This document shows, one piece after another, positions 1 to 11,060 of a stretch of 64,000 nucleotides of DNA. Numbering within the stretch: the stretch's first letter is position 1; every line of letters starts with the position of its first letter. A model generated the notes under the pieces. The model worked only from the letters and a program-made list of their open reading frames with translations, made no database searches and was not told the DNA's origin. The position numbers were made by a program, and so were the translations under genes. The stretch is from Harriotta raleighana (lineage: Eukaryota): NCBI GenBank assembly GCA_050575255.1, contig JBNZDD010013721.1, positions 9,574,566-9,638,565 on the forward strand. Direction: 5' to 3'.

Positions 1-854
1 AATCTCCATGAAAGTCCACGATTGTGTTTTTTGTCACTTTTGTTTCATTAAAGTCTTTGTGGATGTTGGGGAAAGAGAAAAACATACCCGAAGGACAAAC
101 TTGGCATCATTCATCACCATACAACGGTTCTAATAGCAAACCAGTTTCCACAAAGAGAGAAAAGCAAAGGAATGAAAAATGTTATTTGGAGAAACTTCAA
201 ATTGTGGTATATAATAGAACCACTCTCCACTAGGGAAACAACTTTTACTGAAGGATGCTATATTTTATGAAATGGATTATTTGTCTAGTTTTAATAACCA
301 CCTTTCCACAAGGTCGACTTGTAAGGCAGATATATTAAAGCATTATTTGGCGAAAGAATCTTTGGCAGAATGGGCCCTCAAACAATAGGAGAGAAGGCTT
401 AGAAGTTTTTGTTTGAACAGTTCAAATCGGAAGAAGAATTGTTAAAAATTGAAGTGATTACTGGAATGCAAGACATCAATTTGCTCTACTGTTCTTTAAG
501 GTTGATGGCCATTCACTTCACCAGGTGTTTGCGTTTGCATTTCCAACTATACAGGTTGAAATGAAATACCTTCTAAAGCACATAGATTTTTTTTGAAACA
601 CAGAATATTTAGCAGTTTGGTTTACCTGGAAAGAAATATTGTAATGCTTTAATGAATTGCTTGTGATGATTATCACAAGAAAAGTATTCTAATCTATTTA
701 TTGTGATGATTATCATTATGAAATATTATGAATGACACAAATTTAACTTTGCTACATCAGGGTTTTTTTTCCGCTTGTATCAAATTGCAACTATATTACA
801 TAATAATCACATTCACTGTCAACCAATGTGTGACTTGGGGAGTGATGCAATTGT

Positions 855-1145
855 CCTTTAGGTGAGATGTTAAACCAAAGTCCCATCCGTCTGTTTGGAT
901 AGATGTTAAAGATCCCGTGGCGTTATTCGAAAAGAGAAGGTAGTTTCTCCAGAACAATTGAGCACCTTTTACTGTATTTGGGGGATTCTTGGTCAGCAGA
1001 AACTCCATAGCTGTTTGTGGGACATTTCCTTGTGCAAACGAACTATCACATTTCGCTCATGAAATGCAGAGTCAATTCACACTACTTTGAGATGTCTTAA
1101 CAACACGATAAAGTGCTGCATCAAATGCAAGGATTGCTGTTATTG
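855..1145 (+). mobile_element. Deu-domain SINE relic (SacSINE1/AmnSINE1-like); duplicated at ~3086-3376
   Basis: gagatgttaaaccaaagtccc...gatgttaaagatcccgtggcgttattcgaaaagag resembles the Deu core (recalled consensus), followed by gctgtttgtggga and the tail atcaaatgcaaggatt. Confidence 0.75.
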
Positions 1146-1194
1146 CGATTGAGAATACTGCTGTTGGTACAGTACATCATATAGAAGTACAACA

Positions 1195-1292
1195 ACGCAA
1201 GAAACTGCAGATGCTAGAAATCTGAAACAAAAACAGAAATCGCTGGGAACACTGAGAAGGATACAGAAATATAAAATACAGACCCGAAACAG
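1195..1292 (-). mobile_element. Penelope-like terminal repeat fragment; duplicated at ~3426-3512
   Basis: gcaagaaactgcagatgctagaaatctgaaacaaaaacagaaatcgctgggaacactgag is the reverse complement of the motif family also seen at 54380-54425. Confidence 0.6.
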
Positions 1293-1414
1293 AAATACAA
1301 AATCAAATCAAATGTTCCATATCTTTTTGTTTTCTGCTTGACGGGAAAGATTAGAATTGAGCTTCCCAATATCCAGGATCATTATGTAGACAAAATAAGC
1401 AGGCCACCCATACA

Positions 1415-2231
1415 NNNNNNNNNNNNNNNNNNNNNNNNNNNNNNNNNNNNNNNNNNNNNNNNNNNNNNNNNNNNNNNNNNNNNNNNNNNNNNNNNNNNNN
1501 NNNNNNNNNNNNNNNNNNNNNNNNNNNNNNNNNNNNNNNNNNNNNNNNNNNNNNNNNNNNNNNNNNNNNNNNNNNNNNNNNNNNNNNNNNNNNNNNNNNN
1601 NNNNNNNNNNNNNNNNNNNNNNNNNNNNNNNNNNNNNNNNNNNNNNNNNNNNNNNNNNNNNNNNNNNNNNNNNNNNNNNNNNNNNNNNNNNNNNNNNNNN
1701 NNNNNNNNNNNNNNNNNNNNNNNNNNNNNNNNNNNNNNNNNNNNNNNNNNNNNNNNNNNNNNNNNNNNNNNNNNNNNNNNNNNNNNNNNNNNNNNNNNNN
1801 NNNNNNNNNNNNNNNNNNNNNNNNNNNNNNNNNNNNNNNNNNNNNNNNNNNNNNNNNNNNNNNNNNNNNNNNNNNNNNNNNNNNNNNNNNNNNNNNNNNN
1901 NNNNNNNNNNNNNNNNNNNNNNNNNNNNNNNNNNNNNNNNNNNNNNNNNNNNNNNNNNNNNNNNNNNNNNNNNNNNNNNNNNNNNNNNNNNNNNNNNNNN
2001 NNNNNNNNNNNNNNNNNNNNNNNNNNNNNNNNNNNNNNNNNNNNNNNNNNNNNNNNNNNNNNNNNNNNNNNNNNNNNNNNNNNNNNNNNNNNNNNNNNNN
2101 NNNNNNNNNNNNNNNNNNNNNNNNNNNNNNNNNNNNNNNNNNNNNNNNNNNNNNNNNNNNNNNNNNNNNNNNNNNNNNNNNNNNNNNNNNNNNNNNNNNN
2201 NNNNNNNNNNNNNNNNNNNNNNNNNNNNNNN
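1415..2231. other. Assembly gap (817 N)
   Basis: Run of N. Confidence 1.
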
Positions 2232-3633
2232 AATCTCCATGAAAGTCCACGATTGTGTTTTTTGTCACTTTTGTTTCATTAAAGTCTTTGTGGATGTTGG
2301 GGAAAGAGAAAAACATACCCGAAGGACAAACTTGGCATCATTCATCACCATACAACGGTTCTAATAGCAAACCAGTTTCCACAAAGAGAGAAAAGCAAAG
2401 GAATGAAAAATGTTATTTGGAGAAACTTCAAATTGTGGTATATAATAGAACCACTCTCCACTAGGGAAACAACTTTTACTGAAGGATGCTATATTTTATG
2501 AAATGGATTATTTGTCTAGTTTTAATAACCACCTTTCCACAAGGTCGACTTGTAAGGCAGATATATTAAAGCATTATTTGGCGAAAGAATCTTTGGCAGA
2601 ATGGGCCCTCAAACAATAGGAGAGAAGGCTTAGAAGTTTTTGTTTGAACAGTTCAAATCGGAAGAAGAATTGTTAAAAATTGAAGTGATTACTGGAATGC
2701 AAGACATCAATTTGCTCTACTGTTCTTTAAGGTTGATGGCCATTCACTTCACCAGGTGTTTGCGTTTGCATTTCCAACTATACAGGTTGAAATGAAATAC
2801 CTTCTAAAGCACATAGATTTTTTTTGAAACACAGAATATTTAGCAGTTTGGTTTACCTGGAAAGAAATATTGTAATGCTTTAATGAATTGCTTGTGATGA
2901 TTATCACAAGAAAAGTATTCTAATCTATTTATTGTGATGATTATCATTATGAAATATTATGAATGACACAAATTTAACTTTGCTACATCAGGGTTTTTTT
3001 TCCGCTTGTATCAAATTGCAACTATATTACATAATAATCACATTCACTGTCAACCAATGTGTGACTTGGGGAGTGATGCAATTGTCCTTTAGGTGAGATG
3101 TTAAACCAAAGTCCCATCCGTCTGTTTGGATAGATGTTAAAGATCCCGTGGCGTTATTCGAAAAGAGAAGGTAGTTTCTCCAGAACAATTGAGCACCTTT
3201 TACTGTATTTGGGGGATTCTTGGTCAGCAGAAACTCCATAGCTGTTTGTGGGACATTTCCTTGTGCAAACGAACTATCACATTTCGCTCATGAAATGCAG
3301 AGTCAATTCACACTACTTTGAGATGTCTTAACAACACGATAAAGTGCTGCATCAAATGCAAGGATTGCTGTTATTGCGATTGAGAATACTGCTGTTGGTA
3401 CAGTACATCATATAGAAGTACAACAACGCAAGAAACTGCAGATGCTAGAAATCTGAAACAAAAACAGAAATCGCTGGGAACACTGAGAAGGATACAGAAA
3501 TACCCGAAACAGAAATACAAAATCAAATCAAATGTTCCATATCTTTTGTTTTCTGCTTGACAGGAAAGATTAGAATTGAGCTTCCCAATATCCAGGATCA
3601 TTATGTAGACAAAATAAGCAGGCCACCCATACA
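2232..3633 (+). repeat. Copy 2 of the duplicated block
   Basis: Starts with the same aatctccatg as window base 1. ORFs 24..233 and 796..1008 recur at offset 2231. Confidence 0.97.
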
Positions 3634-3734
3634 GTAAATATATGTAAAAATCCGTACATGTAGATTGTTCACATTTTTTTTATTTTGTCTGTTGTATCTA
3701 GGCCACGGAAATACTTCAACCAGTAGCTTTGGGA

Positions 3735-3950
3735 CAATAACAACAACAAAATTACACTTCTAGAGCGCTTTTCGGGTCGGGAGGACATCTCAAGGTGCCT
3801 GAACAATCAGGGACCCAAGCAAGGCAGAGAAGGGGGCATGGGCGGGAGAGAGTTAAGAGGGGAGAGAGAGAGATGGGAGGGCACGATCGAAGAGGAGATC
3901 TTGAGACCGGCATTGAAAGAGGCAAGGGAGGAAGTGAGGTGAGGGGACTG
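3735..3950 (-). mobile_element. L2 LINE 3' fragment
   Basis: (AAC)n tail, terminal motif ttacacttctagagcgcttttcgggtcgggaggac, and a minus-strand ORF2 C-terminus-like peptide SLASFNAGLKISSSI/FDRA. Confidence 0.7.
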
Positions 3951-4239
3951 TGGACACTATATTCAATTAATTTATTGCAATATGTGAAACAAACCATCCC
4001 ATTCCTATTTGTGGGATGTTGTTAATACATTCGCAACTGCCTGTATAACAGACACGACACTTCAAAGTAAATCATTGCATCAAGCAATTTATAAGGTGCT
4101 ATTTGAAATGTGGGTATTTATTTTTAATATTATTATTTTTTGACCTATCTGGGGAAGCTGCCATTGTGGTTGAAGGGATGAACCTTCGAACCCACTGCAA
4201 AGTCGATTGATTTTACTTCAAAAATATATGGAGAGACAA

Positions 4240-4833
4240 AATCTCCATGAAAGTCCACGATTGTGTTTTTTGTCACTTTTGTTTCATTAAAGTCTTTGTG
4301 GATGTTGGGGAAAGAGAAAAACATACCCGAAGGACAAACTTGGCATCATTCATCACCATACAACGGTTCTAATAGCAAACCAGTTTCCACAAAGAGAGAA
4401 AAGCAAAGGAATGAAAAATGTTATTTGGAGAAACTTCAAATTGTGGTATATAATAGAACCACTCTCCACTAGGGAAACAACTTTTACTGAAGGATGCTAT
4501 ATTTTATGAAATGGATTATTTGTCTAGTTTTAATAACCACCTTTCCACAAGGTCGACTTGTAAGGCAGATATATTAAAGCATTATTTGGCGAAAGAATCT
4601 TTGGCAGAATGGGCCCTCAAACAATAGGAGAGAAGGCTTAGAAGTTTTTGTTTGAACAGTTCAAATCGGAAGAAGAATTGTTAAAAATTGAAGTGATTAC
4701 TGGAATGCAAGACATCAATTTGCTCTACTGTTCTTTAAGGTTGATGGCCATTCACTTCACCAGGTGTTTGCGTTTGCATTTCCAACTATACAGGTTGAAA
4801 TGAAATACCTTCTAAAGCACATAGATTTTTTTT
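4240..4833 (+). repeat. Partial copy 3 of the duplicated block
   Basis: Matches 1-594 at offset 4239 and diverges at the poly-T after cacatagat. Confidence 0.95.
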
Positions 4834-7454
4834 TTAAAAAAAAGCTCTTTCATTTTCAGAGGTTGGATTGCATGAATGGGAATTAAGTCTGCAAGGCTTC
4901 AGTCACAAAATACAGTAAACAATCCACTATAATATCATGCAAAGTGCTTTGAGACATTATTATCAGGTTTCTAAATCAGATTTTTTTTTTAAAAGTGTCT
5001 TATCCTGCACAGGTGAGCAAACTGCAATATGTCTGAGGCCATCTCATGTCTTAACAGTGATTCAGTCAACCATTCAGGTAACTGGAAAGGATCAAACATT
5101 ACATTGACACCGTGCTGAGAATTTTGGTCTGTTTCAATTTACGGCAACGAGGAGGCACTCAGTTCCACTCATTAAAGTCAGTCAATTATTGCAGCACAAG
5201 CGTAATCCTGCATTTAAGCATATCTAAATCCTTATGGAAATATAGCAATTGTCACCTGCATTTTCAGGCTCATGAATCACTACCTCTGGCTCTTTCATGA
5301 CTAGAAGTGACCACCATTCTAACACTTTGCAGGAATGATTCATTACAAAATTCATCAGCATTTCTGAAGAGTTCATCAGAAAAAAATGTTTTCGTTTTGC
5401 AGCCCAGGATTCTCAAGGAAGAAATAAATGATGCGCTTGTGCTGTGTTCAGCCCAAATCGTAATTAACCTAATTAAATTGAATTTTGAAAATAAAACTCT
5501 GTGTATCAATTAGTTGCCTGCGAAGGAGCGCGGAGCAGAACCTTGCAAAAAACGCTGCCTAATCCAGAGAAATCTTTCCTGAACCCAAAACTTTGGGCTG
5601 ATTTATGTGGCATTTTGTCTGCTAATCATAATGAGCCAGCTATGAAGCCTCACATTGTTCATCCTCAGTCCTTAATTTCTAAATTGGAAGTTGATTTCTT
5701 GGTTGGCTCACCTATTTTCCAATTTATTAGTGACCTTAGAGATTCCAGATTGTTCTTCAGTCTTGGCAAATTTATTATCCCAGAGGGAACTGTCTATAGC
5801 TACAGTATCTCTATATTTGAGCACAATCTTGATAAATCCAACATGAGTAAAGTAATATAAATGCTTTATCTAAAAGGTCAACGGATGTAATGAAGGGGCT
5901 GGAAGCAAAAAGCTTCCCCGCTATGTGTTTCTTCGGTTTACCTTCACTATTCCTGTTCTTTTATTCATTTCTTGCCCACCCAGTCAGTGAAAGGCGCTCT
6001 ATAAATGTAATTTTGTTATTGAATTTTGTTGTTGTTAAAATGTCGCCTTTTAGAAATTGCCCAAGGGTCTTACAATCACAAATCACCAAATAAATTACCT
6101 GAGGCTTGTAGGTTTGTTAATGATCGTTGCATTTGCTGGTAGATAAGGAGATGTGGTGAAAAGATAAATTACTCTTTGATTGAGAACCATTGATAGCTGA
6201 TGCAATACTAATTCCAAAAATATAGGAACTTGATCCAAAGGCTTCCACTTGGGCGATTTCATTGCAGTAATTGTCAAATTGCTATCAATAATGAAACATT
6301 CCATTGGAGTAAGAAAAAGCAAAGAAACACCAAACATTCCCGACTTACACCAATTTTGTGAAGGATTTTGATCAGGAATCAAGTTATGTGTACCTTCTGT
6401 TATGTTTGCGATGATTTTTGACTCTCCCAAGAAATGATAAATACTACACAAAGTTCTAAAGGGGGCGCGATATAAAGGAGAAGCTGAGTGTGGAGTAAGT
6501 GTTGTGCAGAGAGATAGTGTTGAGATAGCGTTGATTCACACGGCTGGTTTGGTTTNAAATGATAAATACTACACAAAGTTCTAAAGGGGGCGCGATATAA
6601 AGGAGAAGCTGAGTGTGGAGTAAGTGTTGCGCAGAGAGATAGTGTTGAGATAGCGTTGATTCACACGGCTGGTTTGGTTTCATTTGGAAAATTGTTCCCA
6701 TTTCGAACAATGGGAAACAAAGGCACGCAGTACAAGTCTGCAAATCTATTTTCAGAGTAATTTAATTGAGAAATTGCCGCAAGTAAATACCCCTGAAAGA
6801 AGCCGCCCACATGCAAACCTTTTGTTCAGCTCCAGTAAGTTTTTCCCTGGGGTATGTCTGTCAGAGGAGATTGTGTTGTAGGTGAGCTCATGGAAACAAG
6901 GATGTGTAAGTGAGCACATAGGTCAACTGAAGCGATGTCCTGTCTTATGTTTATGTCACCATATTGGCCTGTGGGATAAAAGATTGCTTTAAAGGATTAA
7001 AACTGTGACAAAATAGAATTTAAATGGCACCTTGGCATATTCTCAGATGTGGGTTTAGAGGCATATCACAAGGATCCTTGTCACATACATGTAAGCCTGC
7101 CCACTTTTTCCGCATCATGATGGAACCAATAGCTATATGGAAATGTCATAAGCATCTTCTCTGTCTTTCTCTCCTGATCTTTTTCTATTATTTCTGACAC
7201 CTAAACATATTTTTTTTACGAAAATGAAATTGTTCAATGAAGCAGAACATGAAAGCCCATGATAATTGAGGGTGCCAAAAGTTAGCTTGCAAATTTGAAG
7301 CCGACAGTTTATTTCTCTTCAACCCTTTGTAGGAGAACCAAATAAATCTTGAGACAAGCTCAATTCTGGATTTTGTTGCATCTGTTATCAACTGTCTACA
7401 AGTGTGAAATGGTTGACTTTGATTATCAGTTACGTTTTTAGATTTTGCCTATAA

Positions 7455-7550
7455 AATGTACAGTCAATTCACTTTACAGTATTGAATTGCTTTGAAAAGT
7501 GTCGAAGATGTGATGAGGCACTACATCAAATGCAAGGATTATTATTATTT
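7455..7550 (+). mobile_element. SINE 3' tail fragment
   Basis: tacagtcaattcactttacagt...atcaaatgcaagg(att)n is shared with many copies in this window. Confidence 0.8.
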
Positions 7551-9504
7551 GCTTTGGCTCTTTCTTTACTGTTACAGAATTGCTCTACCCACATCTGCTA
7601 ATGTTCCAAAAATACCGTTCTGTTTGGTCAATCATGTCAAGCATTTAAGATGGTATTCTAGGTTTGTGGCTTACTGTAAGAGAAGATAATGTAAAACTGT
7701 TTAAAAAATTTGCCCATTCTGAGGAATTAAAGAGGTTTTAATTCAACAACAACAAAATTACTGGCAGAAGTTCCAAAGTGTGCATTTGAGAGGCTGAAAG
7801 CCCAGGAACCCTAATTCACTAACCATAATTGTAAAGACCCACTTCCTTTCAACTCTCTTCATCACAGTTCATAGCAGTTCATACAGCTGACAATGTGATT
7901 CAGTGCAATACCAGATTAGACTTAGGTTGAGGCAGGCAATTGAATCTTGATGTTCTCACACAGATAAACAAAACATCCTAGATAGTGAAAGCTAATTAAC
8001 CATAAAATAATATCACACTTGTAACAATCACTGAAAAGGGCAAACCGAAATACATTCATATTTATTCAAATAGAAAATATGGGGACATTCTTGGTCATTC
8101 TGCTGTTGGTTTACCAGCGTTCACCAATGCAATCAATTCTGTGATTCACTGCTCCCTGCTGCAGGTCCTCTCCCTGTAGGCTCATTTGTAATGTTCTGTT
8201 GGTGTAAAATGCAGTAAGTGAAATGCACAAGAATCCAAGTGCTTTGTGCATTGTGTTTTCTCAGAAAGAAGCTGTTTCGTTTTCTAATTAACTGGTCACC
8301 AGTACCCTCAATCCTCATAGTCTCTGTGATTACTGGCAACACTCGTTTCCCCCTCATTTCCTCTGAGGATTAAGCAGCTGATTAGACAAGTGGGAGTTTC
8401 ACTGTAAAGCCTCCCATTGAGAGTTTGCCTACATCCACAATCCTATCACTTACTAATTAAAAAGCTTTGAGGCACCCGACAGGCCACTCACAACATTATC
8501 TCAGAGCATACTGATTGCCCTACATGACGTAGTAAAAAATCCTGTCAGCTTGCTAATCGATGATAAAGAGTTTATCATATGAATGGTAGATATCTGGAAA
8601 GGAATTATAAAGCCATAAATAAAATGAATGCGTTCATGTGATGTGTTCCATTGCCACAGTGAAAAGAAGGGAAATCTTTGTAAAACTCAACCAACTGCTG
8701 AAACTCAGTTCATCTTCAATTAACTGGCCTAATAGTTCTGTGCAGCATAAACTTGCTATGAAATTTTGCAGCTAAAATTATTTTTCACTTTGCCAGTTTG
8801 ATGAAGTTTCTTTGTATCACGGCACAATGCAGTTCACAGAAGAATCTTGTAGGTTTGATTGGGTATGTTTATTACTGGAGGCTGAACAGAGCATTTGCAG
8901 TGGATACGAGGAAATTTCACACATTGTATTTATTAGAGAGAATAGTGGGTGGCTGGATGTGCTAGATAACATCATTCCAGCCTATAATTGGTACAGGAAT
9001 GATTGCATCTACTGGTGCCATCTGTAGTGCATCTAACCACCATCCATAATACAAATAAGGCGAAAATAATCACTCTGCAAGCTTTACATTTCAGGCTTTT
9101 CATAATCTGATGTCCAACAAGGCAGGTTTTTCACCTGCGCAAAATGGTTACTATTTTCCTCCAAAATACACCCAATTATTTTGTAGTAACAGTACAATGT
9201 CCCATTAAAACCTCAACTGGAACAGTCGGTCATGATTAGTGCCTTGTATTATCGAGCTCATAGTTTATGATCACCTTGCAACTAAAGATTTGATTTATTT
9301 CACTCTTTGTGACCCTTTTCAACCTTGGCATTGCCCCGCACTGGGAAACATTATGCTTCATCGAGGTTTCTCAATTTAAAAAATGTGTCATATGCTTGGG
9401 AAGAGTCACTGTTGCCTTGCATTAAGTGTAAATCAATCTGTATAAATATTTTAAAATGGTCCGCGCCCACCCCCATCCTTCCTCTGCCATCACTTCTTGA
9501 GTTT

Positions 9505-9770
9505 CATCCAGCGAGTAAGTGACCCATGCAGAAGTGAAACTGAAAAAGGTCCCTCGTTTCTGCTGAGTTAGCTGATCTCAGACGGAGTGGTGGAGGCTAG
9601 AATTTGTTCATTACTCTGGGTTAAGGAAACTTAGTCGTTGAGGTTCCTACTTGCATGACTGGTGCAGTGATGCCTGCTGAAAGGTGCAGGCATTTTTGTG
9701 AGCAGTGACTAGAAGACAGCTGGGTTGCTGCCCAAGGTCAAATAGCCTGGGTATTGAGACTTGCCTCTAA
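9505..9770 (+). mobile_element. AmnSINE2-like ancient SINE relic
   Basis: tctgctgagttagctgatctcag, ctgggttaagg, cagtgatgcctgctgaaag and ggtcaaatagcctg are collinear with the recalled AmnSINE2 consensus. Confidence 0.6.
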
Positions 9771-9846
9771 ATATTGATCAGTCAGTAGAGCATTCTCAGA
9801 GCCTTAAATCAGAACCAGTCAGATTGTAGCAATGTGGGTCTCTGTA

Positions 9847-10245
9847 TATAAGAACATAAGAATTAGGAGCAGGAGTAGGCCATTCAGCTCTTCGAGCCTT
9901 CCCCGCCATTCAATAAGGGCTGATCTTCTGCCCTAAGTCTAATTACCTACCCTATTCCCATATCCCCTAATCCCTCTATTTTTCATTTTGAAAATGTTCA
10001 TGGACTGAGCATCTACAGCCTTGAATTCCATAAATTCACTACCCTCTGAGTGAAGAAATGNATCATTTTGAAAATGTTCATGGACTGAGTATCTACAGCC
10101 TTGAATTCCATAAATTCACTACCCTCTGAGTGAAGAAATGATTCCTCAACTCTGTTCTAAAAGGCTGACCCTTAATTTTAAGACTGTGACCCCTGATTCT
10201 CCTACCAGGGGAAACAGTCCCTCAGTGTCTACTTTATCCAGCCCT
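9847..10245 (-). mobile_element. CR1 LINE 3' fragment
   Basis: ataagaacataagaa ttaggagcaggagtaggccattcag is the reverse complement of the typical CR1 3' end with its octamer tail. It continues through ttcactaccctctgagtgaagaaa. Confidence 0.85.
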
Positions 10246-10785
10246 AAAGGCTCTGAGGCTTTAAGGCTCTGAGGACGCTCAGCAGAGCAGAGCCTTAAAT
10301 CAGAACCAATTAGATTGTAGCAATGTGGGTCTCTGTTCATCTTCCAAGAAGGGTAAGGGTTAATAGCAAACTTACTTATTTCCATACCTCTTGCATATCG
10401 ATTTATATTTATAAGCCAAAGCTATCCATTCAAGCACAAAAGAAATCTCCCAACAAATGCCAATTTATTAAGCTTTGATTTGGGGGATGCGGATCATGAG
10501 AACAGCCTTTAAAGGGTCGAGATTAAACGAACCTCTGGGACCTGCCACGTCTGCAAAGTTTATCTATTTACCGTTTCGTCAATGCTTGCCCTGATTTTCG
10601 CTTGACTTGCCTGTCTTTGCTTTGCACACTTTCCATAAAGTTGATGGTCCATTCAGAATCCTATCTCTTTTGGCCAGGTGTCTGACATACATGGATCCCT
10701 CGCCATGTATAAGAATTAAAATCTAACTATTGAGAGTTCCACTGGTATGCGTGGATTTTGTTTGTCTAATGTGGAGGCCACATCC

Positions 10786-11060
10786 TCTGACGAACATTGC
10801 ATACCTATTTATTCCCAGAGAGGTTAAGTGCTGATTTGCAGCATCCACACTTGAAGACCTCGCAGATTGCATTCGAACTGGAGCAAACCAGCTAAAACCG
10901 TGCAGTTTGCCATTGCAAAACACTGCCAAGCTTCTTGCTGCTTTTCCTGCCAGGACTATCTCACTCATTTGGGATCTCATGGACATCAGCATGCCTCAAC
11001 ATAAAATGTGTGAGAGCATTGCTACTATCACTGCTGCCCATGGCCTGGACTTACTATCCT
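10786..11060 (+). pseudogene. Highly decayed Harbinger/PIF transposase N-terminal (HTH) remnant
   Basis: Frame-broken peptides SDEHCI (10786), KLLAAFPARTIS and LSHSFGISWTSACLNIKCVRALLLSLLP (from 10956) resemble the Harbinger HTH pattern '...FGISxSTACxIIxEVxxAL'. Confidence 0.45.

Larger units (their letters stand above)
1..1414 (+). repeat. Copy 1 of a local ~2 kb duplicated block
   Basis: Near-identical to 2232-3633. Differences seen: an 11-nt indel (ataaaatacag at ~1271), a 1-nt T indel and an acggg/acagg substitution. Confidence 0.97.

Noticed and set aside
24-233. 69-aa ORF recurring three times (24, 2255, 4263)
   Set aside because: The recurrence just reflects the duplicated block. Non-ATG start and no recognisable domain.
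1308-2316. Three ~310-320 aa ORFs
   Set aside because: Almost entirely X; they read through the N gap.
6095-6451. 118-aa minus ORF ending at a donor-like site
   Set aside because: No recognisable homology, no convincing acceptor, non-ATG start.
6452-6470. CTCF-like ctaaagggggcgc
   Set aside because: Only the 3' half of the motif matches.
6432-6680. 124-bp direct repeats around a single N (similar cases at N10061, 12745, 30499, 36573, 39440, 51960)
   Set aside because: Each pair abuts an N and is identical or differs by a few SNPs or an indel: unmerged overlapping contig ends or alleles, not biological tandem repeats.
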